Positions 24,761-37,226 are shown, counted from the first letter of the stretch. The stretch: DNA of 64,000 nt from Cercozoa sp. M6MM (GCA_040357565.1 JBDODJ010000016.1), one strand, 5' to 3'. Made by a program: numbers and translations. Notes: a model not told the origin generated them from the letters alone.

Positions 24761-27371
24761 TCAGTTGCGTTGCGTTGGTCGGGTTGCAGTGCCAGCCCCG
24801 CCCAGCGCAGCAGAAGAGCATGCATACGCGTACGCAGTTAGTCCATAAGAAACCAACGCAACTTTGTCGTTCCCCTTTAGCAGTCCCGGGTTGGATAACA
24901 AGCGCATGGCCGTCGCGTAGTCCACCACCCGCTTAAAGTTGGCCATCCAACTCCCTTTTTTATGTTCTCCTGGACTTCTTTTAGGTTGGTACGGGTACAG
25001 TATGAGAAGCCGTTGACACCGGCTTCGATGCCGACAATCAAATCACGAAGTCAAAACTGTTACAGCATGAACTACTGTATCCGCGCGGAAGCAACCCTAC
25101 GACTTACAAAAACCCTCAAGAGAGGTGCGGAAGATTTTGACGTGTGTTCGCTGGGAAGCCTTGAGCAAGCTTTTGCAGCTGAACTCAAAGAAGGGCTCTC
25201 TCGACCAGATACCCTTCTTCTCTCTTCTTTTCTTTACTTCACGCCAACTCAAGTACTTCTGAGTCCTCACTACTCAGTCCTCACGACGTCTTTCCGTCAA
25301 GGACCCTTGTTACTGACTGTCCTTTCTGCAGTTACCATCTGACGGGTGACTTTCCCGTTCATCAGTGCTTTGCCGCCCAACTGAACCGTTAGGGTAACTC
25401 ACTCTTTCAAACTGACACTTGGCCACTCTCCCCGTCCCTCCAAGAACAGACTTTCTTACGTTCCTTAGTTTTTTTGTATCACTGGCAAAGTACCCTCAAT
25501 TTACCAAGGCCTGATCCCTATCTGAGAGGGCTGCGGTAACAAAACAGAATGCTAAACTTCGCTTCCGCGACGTCCGGTCGCCAACCTATGACTTTTCTAT
25601 TCCATGTACCCACAGCACGGCACGGGTGACGCTCAAGTCAGACTTCGACGTGTGCCACACAGAACGGAACGGAAGCGTTGACACGTCCGCCTGTGTCGCC
25701 AACAAAAACAATACACTGACCAGCACTTTCAAGCGTCGCGCACAAGGTCGTTCAGCTTGCTCTCCGGGATCTACAGCAGAGAGTAGTGTGCGTTTGGGCA
25801 AGTGTAGGTAAACACTCGAGTGCTTTATGTACCTGCGGCCACGCCGAATCGAAGCGTTCCCAAGAGGCATCCTTTTCAGCAGCATCCGCTACACCAGCGC
25901 GTTCGCGAACCTTTGACAAAGAAAGTTAAATTGTAACATTGCTGAACACCCATAATGTTGCTGCTGTACCTTGTACCACGCCCAACGAAGCCATTCGTGC
26001 GCCTCTATAAAAGCAGGATCGTCACAACACTTTACAAAAAGCGTGTGTACCGCCTTCGGAGGCGAATTCGGGACGGGACAGGTCCTTCTCCGACATGGTC
26101 TTGCCGTACAGCATCTCTACGAGTTTCAAGCTACAATCAAGCACACTATGAGGTGTGTGGATGTATGTTATACCGTGGGCAGCATGTAGGATTTCGATGT
26201 GCAACTCAGTCAGCGGGTTGCCTGCCATGGCTTCGTTCTGCACACGGTTTTATCTTGTACCCCTACTTATACCAACTACACAAGGCAGCGCGTGCTACAT
26301 GAGCGAGCGAGCGCGCCTCGGCACGCGGCAGACGCGTCGGCGTGTCATCGCGCGCGACGTCGGTGTTAAACACCTCCTCGGCAAAGTCGTTGGTCCAAGC
26401 CTCGCGCTGCGAGAGAGGACCGGTCGTCATACCAAGCAGCTGAGCACACCAAGGACACACACACACACATACATGTAGTAACACATGTTAAAAGTACAAA
26501 GAACCCTACCTTTCGCAACGTTTTTAAAATGCTTGTGTGTTCCAACAGCGTGTCTGTACACATGAACAAATTTCGTGGTAGGGTAAAAACGATCTGCACC
26601 AAATAAAACGCACGAATCACACTGTTGCGTTGCGTGTACGCACTCACGGCGAGCACCGGTAGACGCGGACCAAGACGAGTGAACGGGAACTTCCTGCATT
26701 ATCCGTAATCCCTGCGGTGAGACGTTTAATGATGAAACACACTTGGTCTTGCCGTCCGGAGCTGGGATGTCACGATTCGGCTGCAGCAGCATCGGGTCAT
26801 GTGTATTGGGTCATGTGTACTGGGTCATGTGTATTGAGTCATGTGCAGCCCATATCACGGGAGTCCACAGTGAGTACTGTACCGGAGACACGTGGTCCCA
26901 GAAACCGCCATGTTCGTCGAACGTGACCACTAGCAGCGTGTGCGGCCACTCAGGCGAGTTGCGCAGAGCCTCGTAAGTCTGCACAGCTCACATACATGTG
27001 CACACACTGTTGTACGGGTCCCAACTGAGAAACATGCGACACACGTTGCGAACAAGATCGTCGGCATCACGCGCATCGTGGTTGTTCGGGTGCATGTCTA
27101 ACAAAGCACACAAGTAAGACAGTGAGAGAAGTGAACCCAAGCGGCTGAAGGAAGGAGACGCACCATCGGCGACCTCGCCAGTGGCCGCAAAGAAGTTCGG
27201 CTCGATCCACGAGAAAGTCGGCAGCTCGCCAGCCTGCGTAACTCGTGTTTTGGTGCCGTGTGGCCGTAGGTAGAACAACAAAGTAACACATACAGCAGCG
27301 TCTTCCTTGAACTGCGAGAAGCCGTGGAACTTGCGAAGGCGACTGTTGAAAGCACACACAAATATATCGGG

Positions 27372-27444
<73 letters not shown>

Positions 27445-28704
27445 ACACACACGCACGCATACACACCCAGACACATAGACACACAGACACACATAACAGA
27501 CACATACACACAGACAAACGTACCTGGGAGTGCGCATGTTGCGCAACAGCGACGCACATGCCAGTGCACCGCGCTGATACACGGCCCAGGACATATCGTC
27601 TTCCTGCACAGCACCCAAACAACACCTATAGCACCGCAGAGAGGAAAACAACAAATGATCTATAGCGGAAGACAAGCGTACGTCGAGGTCATCAAAGATG
27701 CTGCGCAGCTTGTAACCGAGAGTCATGCGCGTCGGCGAGTTCCAGGTCTGTGGCAGTAGAACACAGCCACTTGTGCAAACGAATGGGCACAATAGCTTGG
27801 ACAGAGACTTGAGAGAATAATAGGCACCTCGCCGTCCGACGTGCCCGCAAGCTGGAACAAACGGTTCGGGTGCGTCTCGCCCGGGAAGGAACAGAAGAAC
27901 TGAGAGGCAGTGAGACTCACAAATATACTACACATCACATGTAGGCAAAGAGAGAGGAGGAATGAGAAACTACGTTGTCGAAGACTGCGTACTCCTTGGC
28001 AAGAGCGTGAAACGCTGGCAGCGAGCCCTCCACAAAGTTCGACACCGCGAATTCGCCGCACTCCATCTGGGCAAACACACATATTGGATTGACATGACAA
28101 ATATTGTGGAAATTTACGTCGTCGCCTGCGAGTCCGTTGACGTGCACGAAACCGTCCATCGGTGCCGTGGCAGGACCGGGCTCGGCAAAGTTCTCGTCGT
28201 AGGCCGTACCGAAGATCTAAGATGATACAGATACCAGGTCGACAGGTGTCAACTAAGACTGAACACACCTGCTGCGTGACCAAATCAAGCGAATGAGCGG
28301 GATTGCACGGATTGACGTTGGGTGCGTTGCCTCCGACACGCACCTGTAGTACAGTTGAAATGCCGCATTGCCGCATTGCACCGTTCAATCTGACAAAGTA
28401 CGGTGCCCTTCGACCGGTCATTTAAGTCGATCGGAACTGCACACGCAAACGGGTTTACACCAGCCAAAAGGGTGCAGCGAGTCAGATCTTACGGCGCTCA
28501 TAGCCACGGAACTGCTTGGCACCAGGCAGATTGACACGTCCCAGCTAATCGAACAGGTGTGTGCACACTACGTACGTGTCTACATGTCGCGTTGATGTAT
28601 GGTACCACGTGGTCGAAACTGCGATTCTCCAGCATCAACACAACCACTTTGGATATCGGCGCCGCGATCGCCGACGTGGCAAGTAGCGACAAGAGTAGAC
28701 GCAT
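24761..28704 (-). CDS. Secreted phosphoesterase / non-specific phospholipase C (NPC/PlcN family); C-terminal exons below 25.75 kb less certain
   Basis: Signal peptide [14 protein letters not shown], then [13 protein letters not shown]; NPAHS; MDGFV; [10 protein letters not shown]|[15 protein letters not shown]; [11 protein letters not shown]; DMHP; [29 protein letters not shown]; EHTSILKTL. Confidence 0.88.
25058..25541 (+). mobile_element. Solo-LTR-like element, 484 bp
   Basis: TGTTAC...GGCTGCGGTAACA termini, exact TSD AAAC. Shares CCGCGCGGAAG, TACCAARGCCT and terminal GGCTGCGGTAACA with the 34911/40293 copies. Confidence 0.85.
26793..26844. repeat. 14-bp tandem repeat (GGGTCATGTGTAYT) ~3.7 copies, intronic
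   Basis: Direct sequence. Confidence 0.85.
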
Positions 28705-29065
28705 CACTAGAAAAAAAGAGTTGACAAGACATCCCACTTCTTCGCACAATGATGCACTTGAAATGAACTAGATGGTGTCAAACCGAACTGGAACGTTGTC
28801 TGCTAGTACAGACACGCGTCAGTGCTTGTCAGACAGCCCAGAAAGTTTTACAGTAAAATGGGATATCGCATTATGGATGCAGTTTTTCTTTAATTTGTTA
28901 AATCGTCAATCAAGTTGCCTGTTGTGGTCAACCGCGGGTATCGAGTGGTCAACAGCGTTTCCTATAGTTTCCGCGCTGAAAGGTTGCTAAAGTTCAAATA
29001 CCTTCTTTTGTGCCGTTTAGAGACCACCCAAATCGTCGTCGCTTGGCACAAGACACATTTGAAGG

Positions 29066-29945
29066 ATGCTTCGTGTTGCTTTGAAGCGAAGCGGCTTTCG
29101 TGCAAAGCGCTGTTTGGGAGAATTCAACGCTCTTCATGAACGCAATAAAGAGTTGGAGCGACTCCACCAGCTTCGGTATCTCTCATGTCAACATTTCGCT
29201 GTAAGTGAATGGGAATTGGTACGAAACTGAATTTACCTTGGTTTACTTAATTTAGTACTGGCGAAAGCGTCGGGTTGCCTGGCGACGTGGAAGCATATAC
29301 GATTGACGGGCATCCAATCAACGCGTCCCACTCCGCTAAGGAACAGGTTAAAGTGTTTCGCACCGAAGATGATATGCTAGAACGTCTCCAATCCATGCAT
29401 AACTTCCGCCAGCAAGACAGCTACAGAATGTACTAACTATCCTTTCACTTTTAGTTTGGTACAGGTCTAAACTTGTGTTACCCCTGCAGGCAAGCTATTG
29501 AAGGCATGCCTTCGGAAACTCAGATTATCACAGGGTCTGGTAAATATCAGTTTAACCCTCTCACTGGAAACCTGATCAAACGGTTTTACAAGCAGGGGTA
29601 AAGGCCCCCAAGGGGATTCTGGGTCGAAACACGGAAAGCATGATCACAGGTGCTTTCCAGCTGCAATTGATATAACATTTATGCTGGGGTTAGTTGTGGA
29701 TAAGTGCGTGCGTATGCCTGTAGGACGCGTGTCACAAAGCGAAGCGGCCTCGCGCATTGGCAGTGCTTCTACGCACTTGCATAAAGTTCACGAAGGGATC
29801 AAGCTAGACGCCAAACAGAAAGAGCTCCGAGCTGAACAGAAGAAGCAGGTATACTGAATTTACATCGACTAGTGATTGTTCTTGGGACTGGCATTAGCAA
29901 CTGAATGATTCAATGCCAGGAACGGACAAAAAGCGACTTTCTTGA
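29066..29945 (+). CDS. Hypothetical small multi-exon protein with mitochondrial-presequence-like N-terminus
   Basis: MLRVALKRSGFRAKRCLGEFNALHERNKELERLHQLR|TGESVGLPGDVEAYTIDGHPINASH... ending KKRLS*. GT-AG introns. Confidence 0.5.
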
Positions 29946-30739
29946 GTCATCGCGTGGCTTCATTTGGGTATTTTATCTACTTTTTATGGGGGGGGGGGGT
30001 ATGTATATTTAAACTTATGTCTGCACACAAAAAGCAAGGTGGTTTGGCGCTGTTTGCGTTGATCGCATTGACTACTGGGTACTATTTTGCAGTCACTTGT
30101 CCATTTAACTTAAAACGAAATTTATGCTTTCACTCCCTTGCTGGCAGCTACATTCCCATCCTAGGCGGCTCGTTAAGCAGCTACACTCCTTACATTTAAG
30201 ACAATTTCGACGAAAGCACTGTATCTGACGCCCGCCTACTACACATACTAAAAGCTTGCCCTCATTGAACAACCTTGGCAACGGACGACCCTCTAGCGGT
30301 TTCGTCGTCCACACTAAGAATGGTGCAGGCCGGGGGGAGGGGGTTCCCACCTATCAATAATTGAACAAACTTGTGATACAGCACTACTTGTAATCATGAA
30401 ATCACATGTTCAAGATCTCATTGTTACGATAAATCCGACTCGGAGATCAACCTTCCACACATACATATACAGAAAACAGCCGCTAAAGAAAGTGAACTAA
30501 ACTGACTCGGACAGCAAGACTGAGATTCAGTCCGAGTCGAAGCGAGTTCGGTTCAGCTGGAGTTTTAGATACTAAGTAACTAACGACTGCCTTGACGGAA
30601 CGTCGCACCGTGGCGTCGTAGCGCAAAGATAGGTAAAGCTGGTTGAAACGAAACGGAAAACACGAATCGGACTCTCGCGGTCAACCAACGTAAACTGCGA
30701 CTCACGACGGAACCCGAGCATGCACAGGCTCTAAGGGGG

Positions 30740-33360
30740 CTAACGCAGCATGGCAGCTGAAACAACATGACCCGGGACACGCGCCGACTCAGCCTCAACC
30801 TGCGAAAAGACAAGTCAAAACTACCCTCCTACAACGGCGCGCGTATGAAATGGGGGTTGTACGGTAAAGTAGTTCACGTAGCGGTCCTCGTCGGTCTGCT
30901 CGTGCTGTCTGTTCTGCGCTTCGCGCACGTACAGAACAGCGCCCGGCTCGGCGTTCTGCAAAGTAGGAGGGGTAACAATGATGATACTGCGAACGTGCGA
31001 AGGGAACGCACCTGCTCAAAGTCGCAACCGGTTGAGTAGACACCGGTGGTCCAGAGGTGCGCGAGGTGCGCGTCGAACTCGTGCTCGTCGTATCGCGGCG
31101 GCAGCGACACCGTGCGCGGCAGCGGTAGGTCAAAGTCCTCGTAGAACTTGTTGATGTTGGCAATGCTGCCAGTGTGGCCGTGCGAGATGCCCTGTTCACG
31201 CACGGTACGACCAATCAATCAACACATCCACTGGGTGGCACAGGTGGCAACAGGAGAGGCAGAAAGTCAGGAGGCACCTTGCGCGAGTACGCGAGCAGCG
31301 TAACGCCGTTGGCGAGCGCGTTGGGCTCCATGAAGCGACTCAGAGCGTCGACACACGCGAGGCGCAGCGGGTCCTACAACAGAAGAAGGGAGTACAGAGA
31401 GTGGTAGCATGGTAAGACTACAAAAATACCAGCAAGCCGCCGATCGGTGACAGGTTGTCGCCCGAGGCCTTACTGCATGGCCAGATCGTTAATGCGTGAT
31501 ACATAGACATGCTGAGGGAAGCATATAGAGAAGCCTACAGCATGAAGTTGATGTCGTCAAGCGCGATCATAACGGGCACCTCCGTACACTGCTTGAGCTC
31601 TTGCACGACGCCGTACAGCAGCGATGACGGGCACGTGCACTATCCGGTTACCACTGGAGTGACGATTGAAGTGAGCACAACAGAGAGAGTACCTTGTCAG
31701 ACACGGCAAACTGCAGCATGTCGTACAGACTCTTGGGCTCGTCCGTCTCCTACAGTACATATTTCCAGGCATGATGCATCTACACGCACGAAACACACCC
31801 TCCGTACAACCCACCGGATCGTAGTCGAAACCGTGGTTGCCGTCCGAGTCGATCTTTTTCTTGAACTCTGTGGCCAAGGGGAGGTAAGGGGTGAGGTAAA
31901 TGAGGGTCAGGTAAACGAGGGGGGGGGGGGTAAACTGGATACCCTCGAGCGAGAGATGCGGTTCCTCGGCGACAAAGCCGAGCTCCCTCTTGCGCAACTA
32001 CACAGCCATACAAGTGTACACGAGGCAGGATGTCCACCATGTTGTAGTACCTCGAAGTCATCCGTGTCGATCTCACCAGCCTCGTGCATGTCTTCAAGTT
32101 CCATGAACTGTCCAACACACACAAGACCGCTAGTGTATCAACACTCGCGTCAGTTGCTGCCTCTCCGAGTCACTCAGTACCTCGAGCTTCTGCTTGAGCT
32201 GCGCTGCCGTCACTTGCGCCGATTGCGAGAGCTCACTTCTGTCGTAGGCTGTTTCGCACACAGACAGATACAGACAGAACAAGGGACATACAGGACACAT
32301 GGACTCCCCGGGTGGGAGGGAAGAGGGAGAGAGAAGATACCTCCACTGCGGATGGCCTCCTTCTCGAACTCTCTGGCAGAGCGCACGCGCTCAGCGGCGT
32401 CCTTCGTGCTGTCGTACTATACCAGCAAGTGAGCGGGTAGCAAGAGGTAACGGGGGGGGGGGGGGGGGGGAGAATTGTACCTTGTTCTTCAGAGCCACCT
32501 TCTGCAGCAAGGCGCCGTTCGACTCGAGCAGTCGCTGCAGCAGCGAGATCGCCACGTCGTCGTGGTACAGCACCATTGGACGGTCCAGTGCCTGCGTGTG
32601 GTACACATGGACGGGAGGGTTGGACCGTCGGAGACATGTGTACCTCGAGCATCTGCGACGGCTCGGTCTGGTACCGCATCGTGTTCGGCTCGTGGAACAC
32701 AATCCTAAACACAAGGTATCAGGGAGACGGGGGGTAAAGGGGAGGGTAATAAGTTCACAGGTGGGTACCACTGCTGCTGCTGCGCCCACGTGACCAGGTA
32801 CTGCATCAGCACGGATTTGCCGCACTGCGCGTTGCCTGTGCCCAAACGCATGCGTACAGACATGCTTAAATGGACACAAGGGGGTACAAATGGACAGGGA
32901 GAGAGAAAGGCACCTCCAATCATGACGACCTCGCCCTTGTTCCACGCAGCCGGCGCCTCCGCCTCCGCAGTTTCGAGTGGCTGCGTCAGGCCCTTCTGCA
33001 CAACAACGACATGCTTGTTCACACACACACATGCAGGTACTGACGAGGTACTGACGACGGCACACGTACCGCATTGTTCAGCAGTTCCATCGCCTTCTGT
33101 CGCGACTCAGGTCTACAGAGTCTCGCAAGGGTAGGCACACCAGACCGTACGAAGCAGGGGTAATACGAGTCCATGAAGACGGTGAGTTCGCCCGACTTGA
33201 GGAAACCGTCCTGATCGGTCTCAAAGTCGAGCACGTGCTGCGCCAGATCCTCGTGCGAGTGCAGCAGCTGCAGCGGCGCGAACGTACTGAGCGACTCGCG
33301 CTCGTGCTTGCGCAGGTAGCTCTCCTCCAGGTGCACCTGCCAACACACACGCACATACAT

Positions 33361-33401
<41 letters not shown>

Positions 33402-33505
33402 NNNNNNNNNNNNNNNNNNNNNNNNNNNNNNNNNNNNNNNNNNNNNNNNNNNNNNNNNNNNNNNNNNNNNNNNNNNNNNNNNNNNNNNNNNNNNNNNNNN
33501 NCTTG

Positions 33506-33556
<51 letters not shown>

Positions 33557-34466
33557 ACCTGTATGCATACTACATACACAGACACACACAGAGAGACACA
33601 CTACCTTGAACGGGAACGACTCGCTCGCGGCCATCGGGACCTCGCCTGTAGCGTCCAACAAGGAGTGGTCGGACCCCTCTCTTTTCGCAAGACAACAACA
33701 AAAAAAGTACCCTCAGCGCCGCCTTCGACTTGGACCTTGCGCAGTTCGTTCAGTGCACGCAGCATGCTGAGTCAGAAAGGTACAAATGCCATGCATTACA
33801 CTCGGTCCGCGCGGACGACAAATTAGAGTGTCTCTCACCTTGAACGCAACATCAGAGTCGGCATGGCACGCGACGAGAAGCACCTGTGAGTGTGGTCACA
33901 CAGAGGCGCTACAGGGAGAAGAGGGTCAGCACGGAGAAACTGTACTTGACAAGACTGGGAGGCAGCGACGCTGATGGCAGCATCGGGAAGTGCCGCAGCT
34001 CGTGCTCACTCGAGTGCTGATCGACGCGCGCAGGTGCCACTACAAAGCTCACGGCGGTAAGGGTACAAGAGTACAAGGGGGCGAGGAAGAAAATGACTGC
34101 CCGTACCATCCTCGGGATCGGCGTGGGACAGCCAAGTCAGCAGTCGCTTCTGGTTGTGCTCAAGCGCCTGTTGCACCTCCTTTCGGCGAGCCGCTTGAGG
34201 GCTACCCATCCCCCCAATACACACACACACACATACGACTTTGACTCTACTGCATTCAAAGAGCGAAAACTACTTGGCCTGGCCCTTGCCCTTCTTGGCC
34301 TTCTTGGCGAGGCTGCGCACGCCACGAGAGGCCACCTGCTGCAGGGTGCTGCGCAATCAAACAACAATCAAATTCAATTCTCAAGGCAAAATCTCACACG
34401 ACGAGCCTATCAAAATAAAACGCGCTCGCCAAGTGGATATGCGGATGCTACGCACCGCGGAAGCAT
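30740..34466 (-). CDS. DAP3: Mitochondrial small ribosomal subunit protein mS29 / DAP3-like; start approximate
   Basis: Degenerate P-loop GNAQCGKSVLMQYLVTWAQQQQW; LLQRLLESNGALLQKV; YGVVQELKQCTEVPVMIALDDINF; LPPRYDEHEFDAHL. Presequence-like RGVRSLAKKAKKGKG. Confidence 0.7.
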
Positions 34467-34910
34467 GACAAATGTTCACGAGGCCGCGTGCAGAGCTGTG
34501 TGCGCGCACGCTGGCAGCGGGGCACTGTATTTTTAAGGCTGCGTCCAGAGATCAAACAATCAGGCAATCCCTGAATCCTCAGTACTACAGTACGATACGG
34601 TACTTCTAACTGCTTCATCTAAATGAGTTTTGTCGGAAGAACTTCCAGTGTCGATACTTGCTGAGCGAGAAAGAATACACTCACATGATTTGCGTCTTCC
34701 CGTTTTTGTACTCCAGTTGTCGATATTGTATGCTTGATATTTTGTGTTTTGCGTGTTTCAGTAGGCACTTTTGATCAAGAATCCTCGGCATCGGCGGTAC
34801 TGCAGAAAGGAAGGTGGCACAAGCAAACTGGCACAGCAAAAAACTGAACGCTCAGTGCCGCATAGCGACAGCCAGCCTGTGTGTGTATTCGACCGTGTCG
34901 ATATTTAATT

Positions 34911-35345
34911 TGTTACGAAACGGTATTTTCCATCCGGCCAGTCAGATCTCTGGTGCTCCGCGCGGAAGAAAGCTATTCATTAAGCACTTTGAGAAGTGTG
35001 GTGTATTGTGTTTGTCTGACTGACCTCGAAAGAGCAAGATTTTGCTCCTTTCCTGAAAAGGCTCTCTACTCACCAGCACAGTGAGCCTTTCTTTTTCTCC
35101 TTACGTCCCTCCTCTCCTTCCTTCCTTCTTCTGACTACCGGGCCTCTCTTCCCTCCCGATTAGTCGAAATTAAGCTAACTTCCTGTACTTTGCCGACCCT
35201 ATCTTGGGGTAACTACCTCTGAACTGACTACGTCTACTGACTCAATTCTTCTTCACATCGATTCCATTTGTTTCTTTAGTCTTTTTCCTGGCATAGTACT
35301 CTTTTGCACTACCAAAGCCTCAATTTCTGAAAGGCTGCGGTAACA
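34911..35345 (+). mobile_element. Solo-LTR-like element, 435 bp
   Basis: TGTTAC...GTAACA, TSD AATT. Near-identical to 40293-40723. Empty site visible in the paralogous 3' UTR at 37254-37257. Confidence 0.9.
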
Positions 35346-35376
35346 AATTTAAGATACTTGCGAAGGCACTGTCAGT

Positions 35377-35436
35377 TTAGTAGCGGCGACGACGACGACG
35401 TTGGCGTCGACCTCGGCGGCTGCGACGGCCACGACC
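35377..35436 (-). CDS. 3' end of an inverted paralogue of the Tyr-rich repeat protein (rest hidden in gap)
   Basis: Reverse complement matches 37167-37226 and encodes GRGRRSRRGRRQRRRRRRY*. 3' UTR homology continues across the LTR to ~34893. Confidence 0.75.
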   Translation of the reverse strand, partial: GRGRRSRRGRRQRRRRRRY

Positions 35437-36007
35437 NNNNNNNNNNNNNNNNNNNNNNNNNNNNNNNNNNNNNNNNNNNNNNNNNNNNNNNNNNNNNNNN
35501 NNNNNNNNNNNNNNNNNNNNNNNNNNNNNNNNNNNNAGCAATGACGGTGTAGCTGTTTGCCTCCGGCCTGCTCCTTCGGTTGTGTTTCTTTAACTCGACT
35601 TTTTAACAACAAGACGGATTCAAATGATGAAGCCGTCGCTGGGCGCAAAGCCACCGTGCTCCATCCAACCGAAGCGGAACTCCACGTCACTCGTCACTGC
35701 GACAGCAGCAATCGACATGTTAGTTTCAGTGCGCCAGTGGAGCACTCCGTATTGGCAATTTCGCCGGTGGGTTGATGCATCAATCAATACCGTAATCTGA
35801 GTGCCGATCGATGCGAGACTAGCTTGTCGATATCGCTGTACCGGTATCGGTGAGTGCATGGATGGCACGCTTCCGCGCGGCGGAGATCAGCGCGGACGGA
35901 CAGGCGGGGTTGCAAGTCCGCCAGCGCCTCCTCTCCCCACACTTTCTGCTGTGTCTCCTCACACTACCGCTCCCTCTGTTGAGTTATTCTTGCTTGCACC
36001 CGCCGAG

Positions 36008-37226
36008 ATGTACCTGCTCGCTTCGATTGTGGCTGCTACTTGCGTCGCTGGTGCGCAAGCCAAGTTCGACAGTGGGTTTCCCTCCAGGCTCCCCAGCTAA
36101 ACTTAGCTATCAGTTGACTTTGGCAAGTTTCAGTCGAGTGAGTCGAGTGAGTGGTTTATCTTGCACAGCGAACGCGCTCGCCGCGGCCGGACTGCTGAGC
36201 GACAGCTACTCTGGCGGTACAGTACATTAGGCTACCTTTAGGCGACATTTAGTCCTTACCTGTGTTGGTCTGAACTGCACAGGCGGACATGGTGGTCGCC
36301 GAGGAGGTCACTGCAGCAGAGTCACTGTTTAACGGTTCATGTGATGACTGAACTTTGACAGGTGGCGGCGACTACGGCAGCGCTGACTCGCACTCCTACG
36401 AGGTTAGCTACTGCATGCACATCAGTTGTGTCTTTTTGCACTTTCGGGAGTCGCAATGATACGGCACTGTGACTTTGGCAGGCTCCCAAGTACGAAGCTC
36501 CTTCGTACGAGCAGCCCAAGTACGAGGCTCCCTCGTACGAGCAACCCAAGTACGAGACTCCTTCGTACGAGCAACCCAAGTACGAGGCTCCCTCGTACGA
36601 GCAACCCAAGTACGAGGCTCCTTCATACAAGCAGCCCAAGTACGAGGCTCCNNNNNNNNNNCCCAAGTACGAGGCTCCTTCATACAAGCAGCCCAAGTAC
36701 GAGGCTCCCTCATACGAGGTACCGAAGTTTCTCCCTCCTCCTTCTCCTCCTCCTTTGCCACACCAGTACTAGTTTGACCTTCTTGTCTGCACATAGCAAC
36801 CCAAGTACGAATCGCCCAAGTACGAGCAGCCCAAGTACGAGTCGGGCCGCTACCAGATGAACCCTCAGTACGAAGCGCCCAAATACGAGACGCCCAAGTA
36901 CGAGGTGCGATTGCTCTGTAACAGACTAGACAATTGCGCACAATCGCATGTGATTGTGATAGGCTCCCAAGTACCAAGCTCCGTCCTACGAGCAGCCCAA
37001 GTATGAGGCTCCGTCCTACGAGCAGCCCAAGTACCAAGCTCCGTCCTACGGGCAGCCCAAGTATGAGGCTCCGTCCTACGAGCAGCCCAAGTACGAATCC
37101 TCCGAGTCAAAACACGAGGAGTACAAGCACGGCGGCCGTGTCTATGAGAGCGGCAGCAGCGGCACTGGTCGTGGCCGTCGCAGCCGCCGAGGTCGACGCC
37201 AACGTCGTCGTCGCCGCCGCGACTAA
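36008..37226 (+). CDS. Secreted Tyr/Pro/Lys/Glu-rich decapeptide-repeat protein with C-terminal poly-Arg tail
   Basis: Spliced: MYLLASIVAATCVAGAQAKFD|TNALAAAGLLSDSYSG|GGHGGRRG|GGGDYGSADSHSYE|(APKYE APSYE QPKYE...)n...GRGRRSRRGRRQRRRRRRD*. All introns GT-AG and phase-consistent. Confidence 0.8.
36482..37096 (+). repeat. Coding 15/30-bp tandem repeat (APSYEQPKYE), split by two introns and a gap
   Basis: Units GCTCCyTCGTACGAG / CArCCCAAGTACGAG with frequent third-position variation. Confidence 0.9.

Noticed and set aside
25058-25541. Retrozyme / hammerhead ribozyme in the LTR-like elements
   Set aside because: CUGAUGA occurs (minus strand ~25359; plus strand ~17808) but is not followed by a stem II-GAAA core with closing stems. 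An Infernal search would be needed to exclude it fully.
25040-25570. In-frame TGA suggesting a non-standard genetic code
   Set aside because: The TGA falls in a plausible intron. Conserved Trp residues elsewhere use TGG, and TGA, TAA and TAG all terminate recognised genes.
36482-37096. CRISPR-like array
   Set aside because: Contiguous 15/30-bp units without unique spacers, with codon-type variation, inside a spliced eukaryotic gene.
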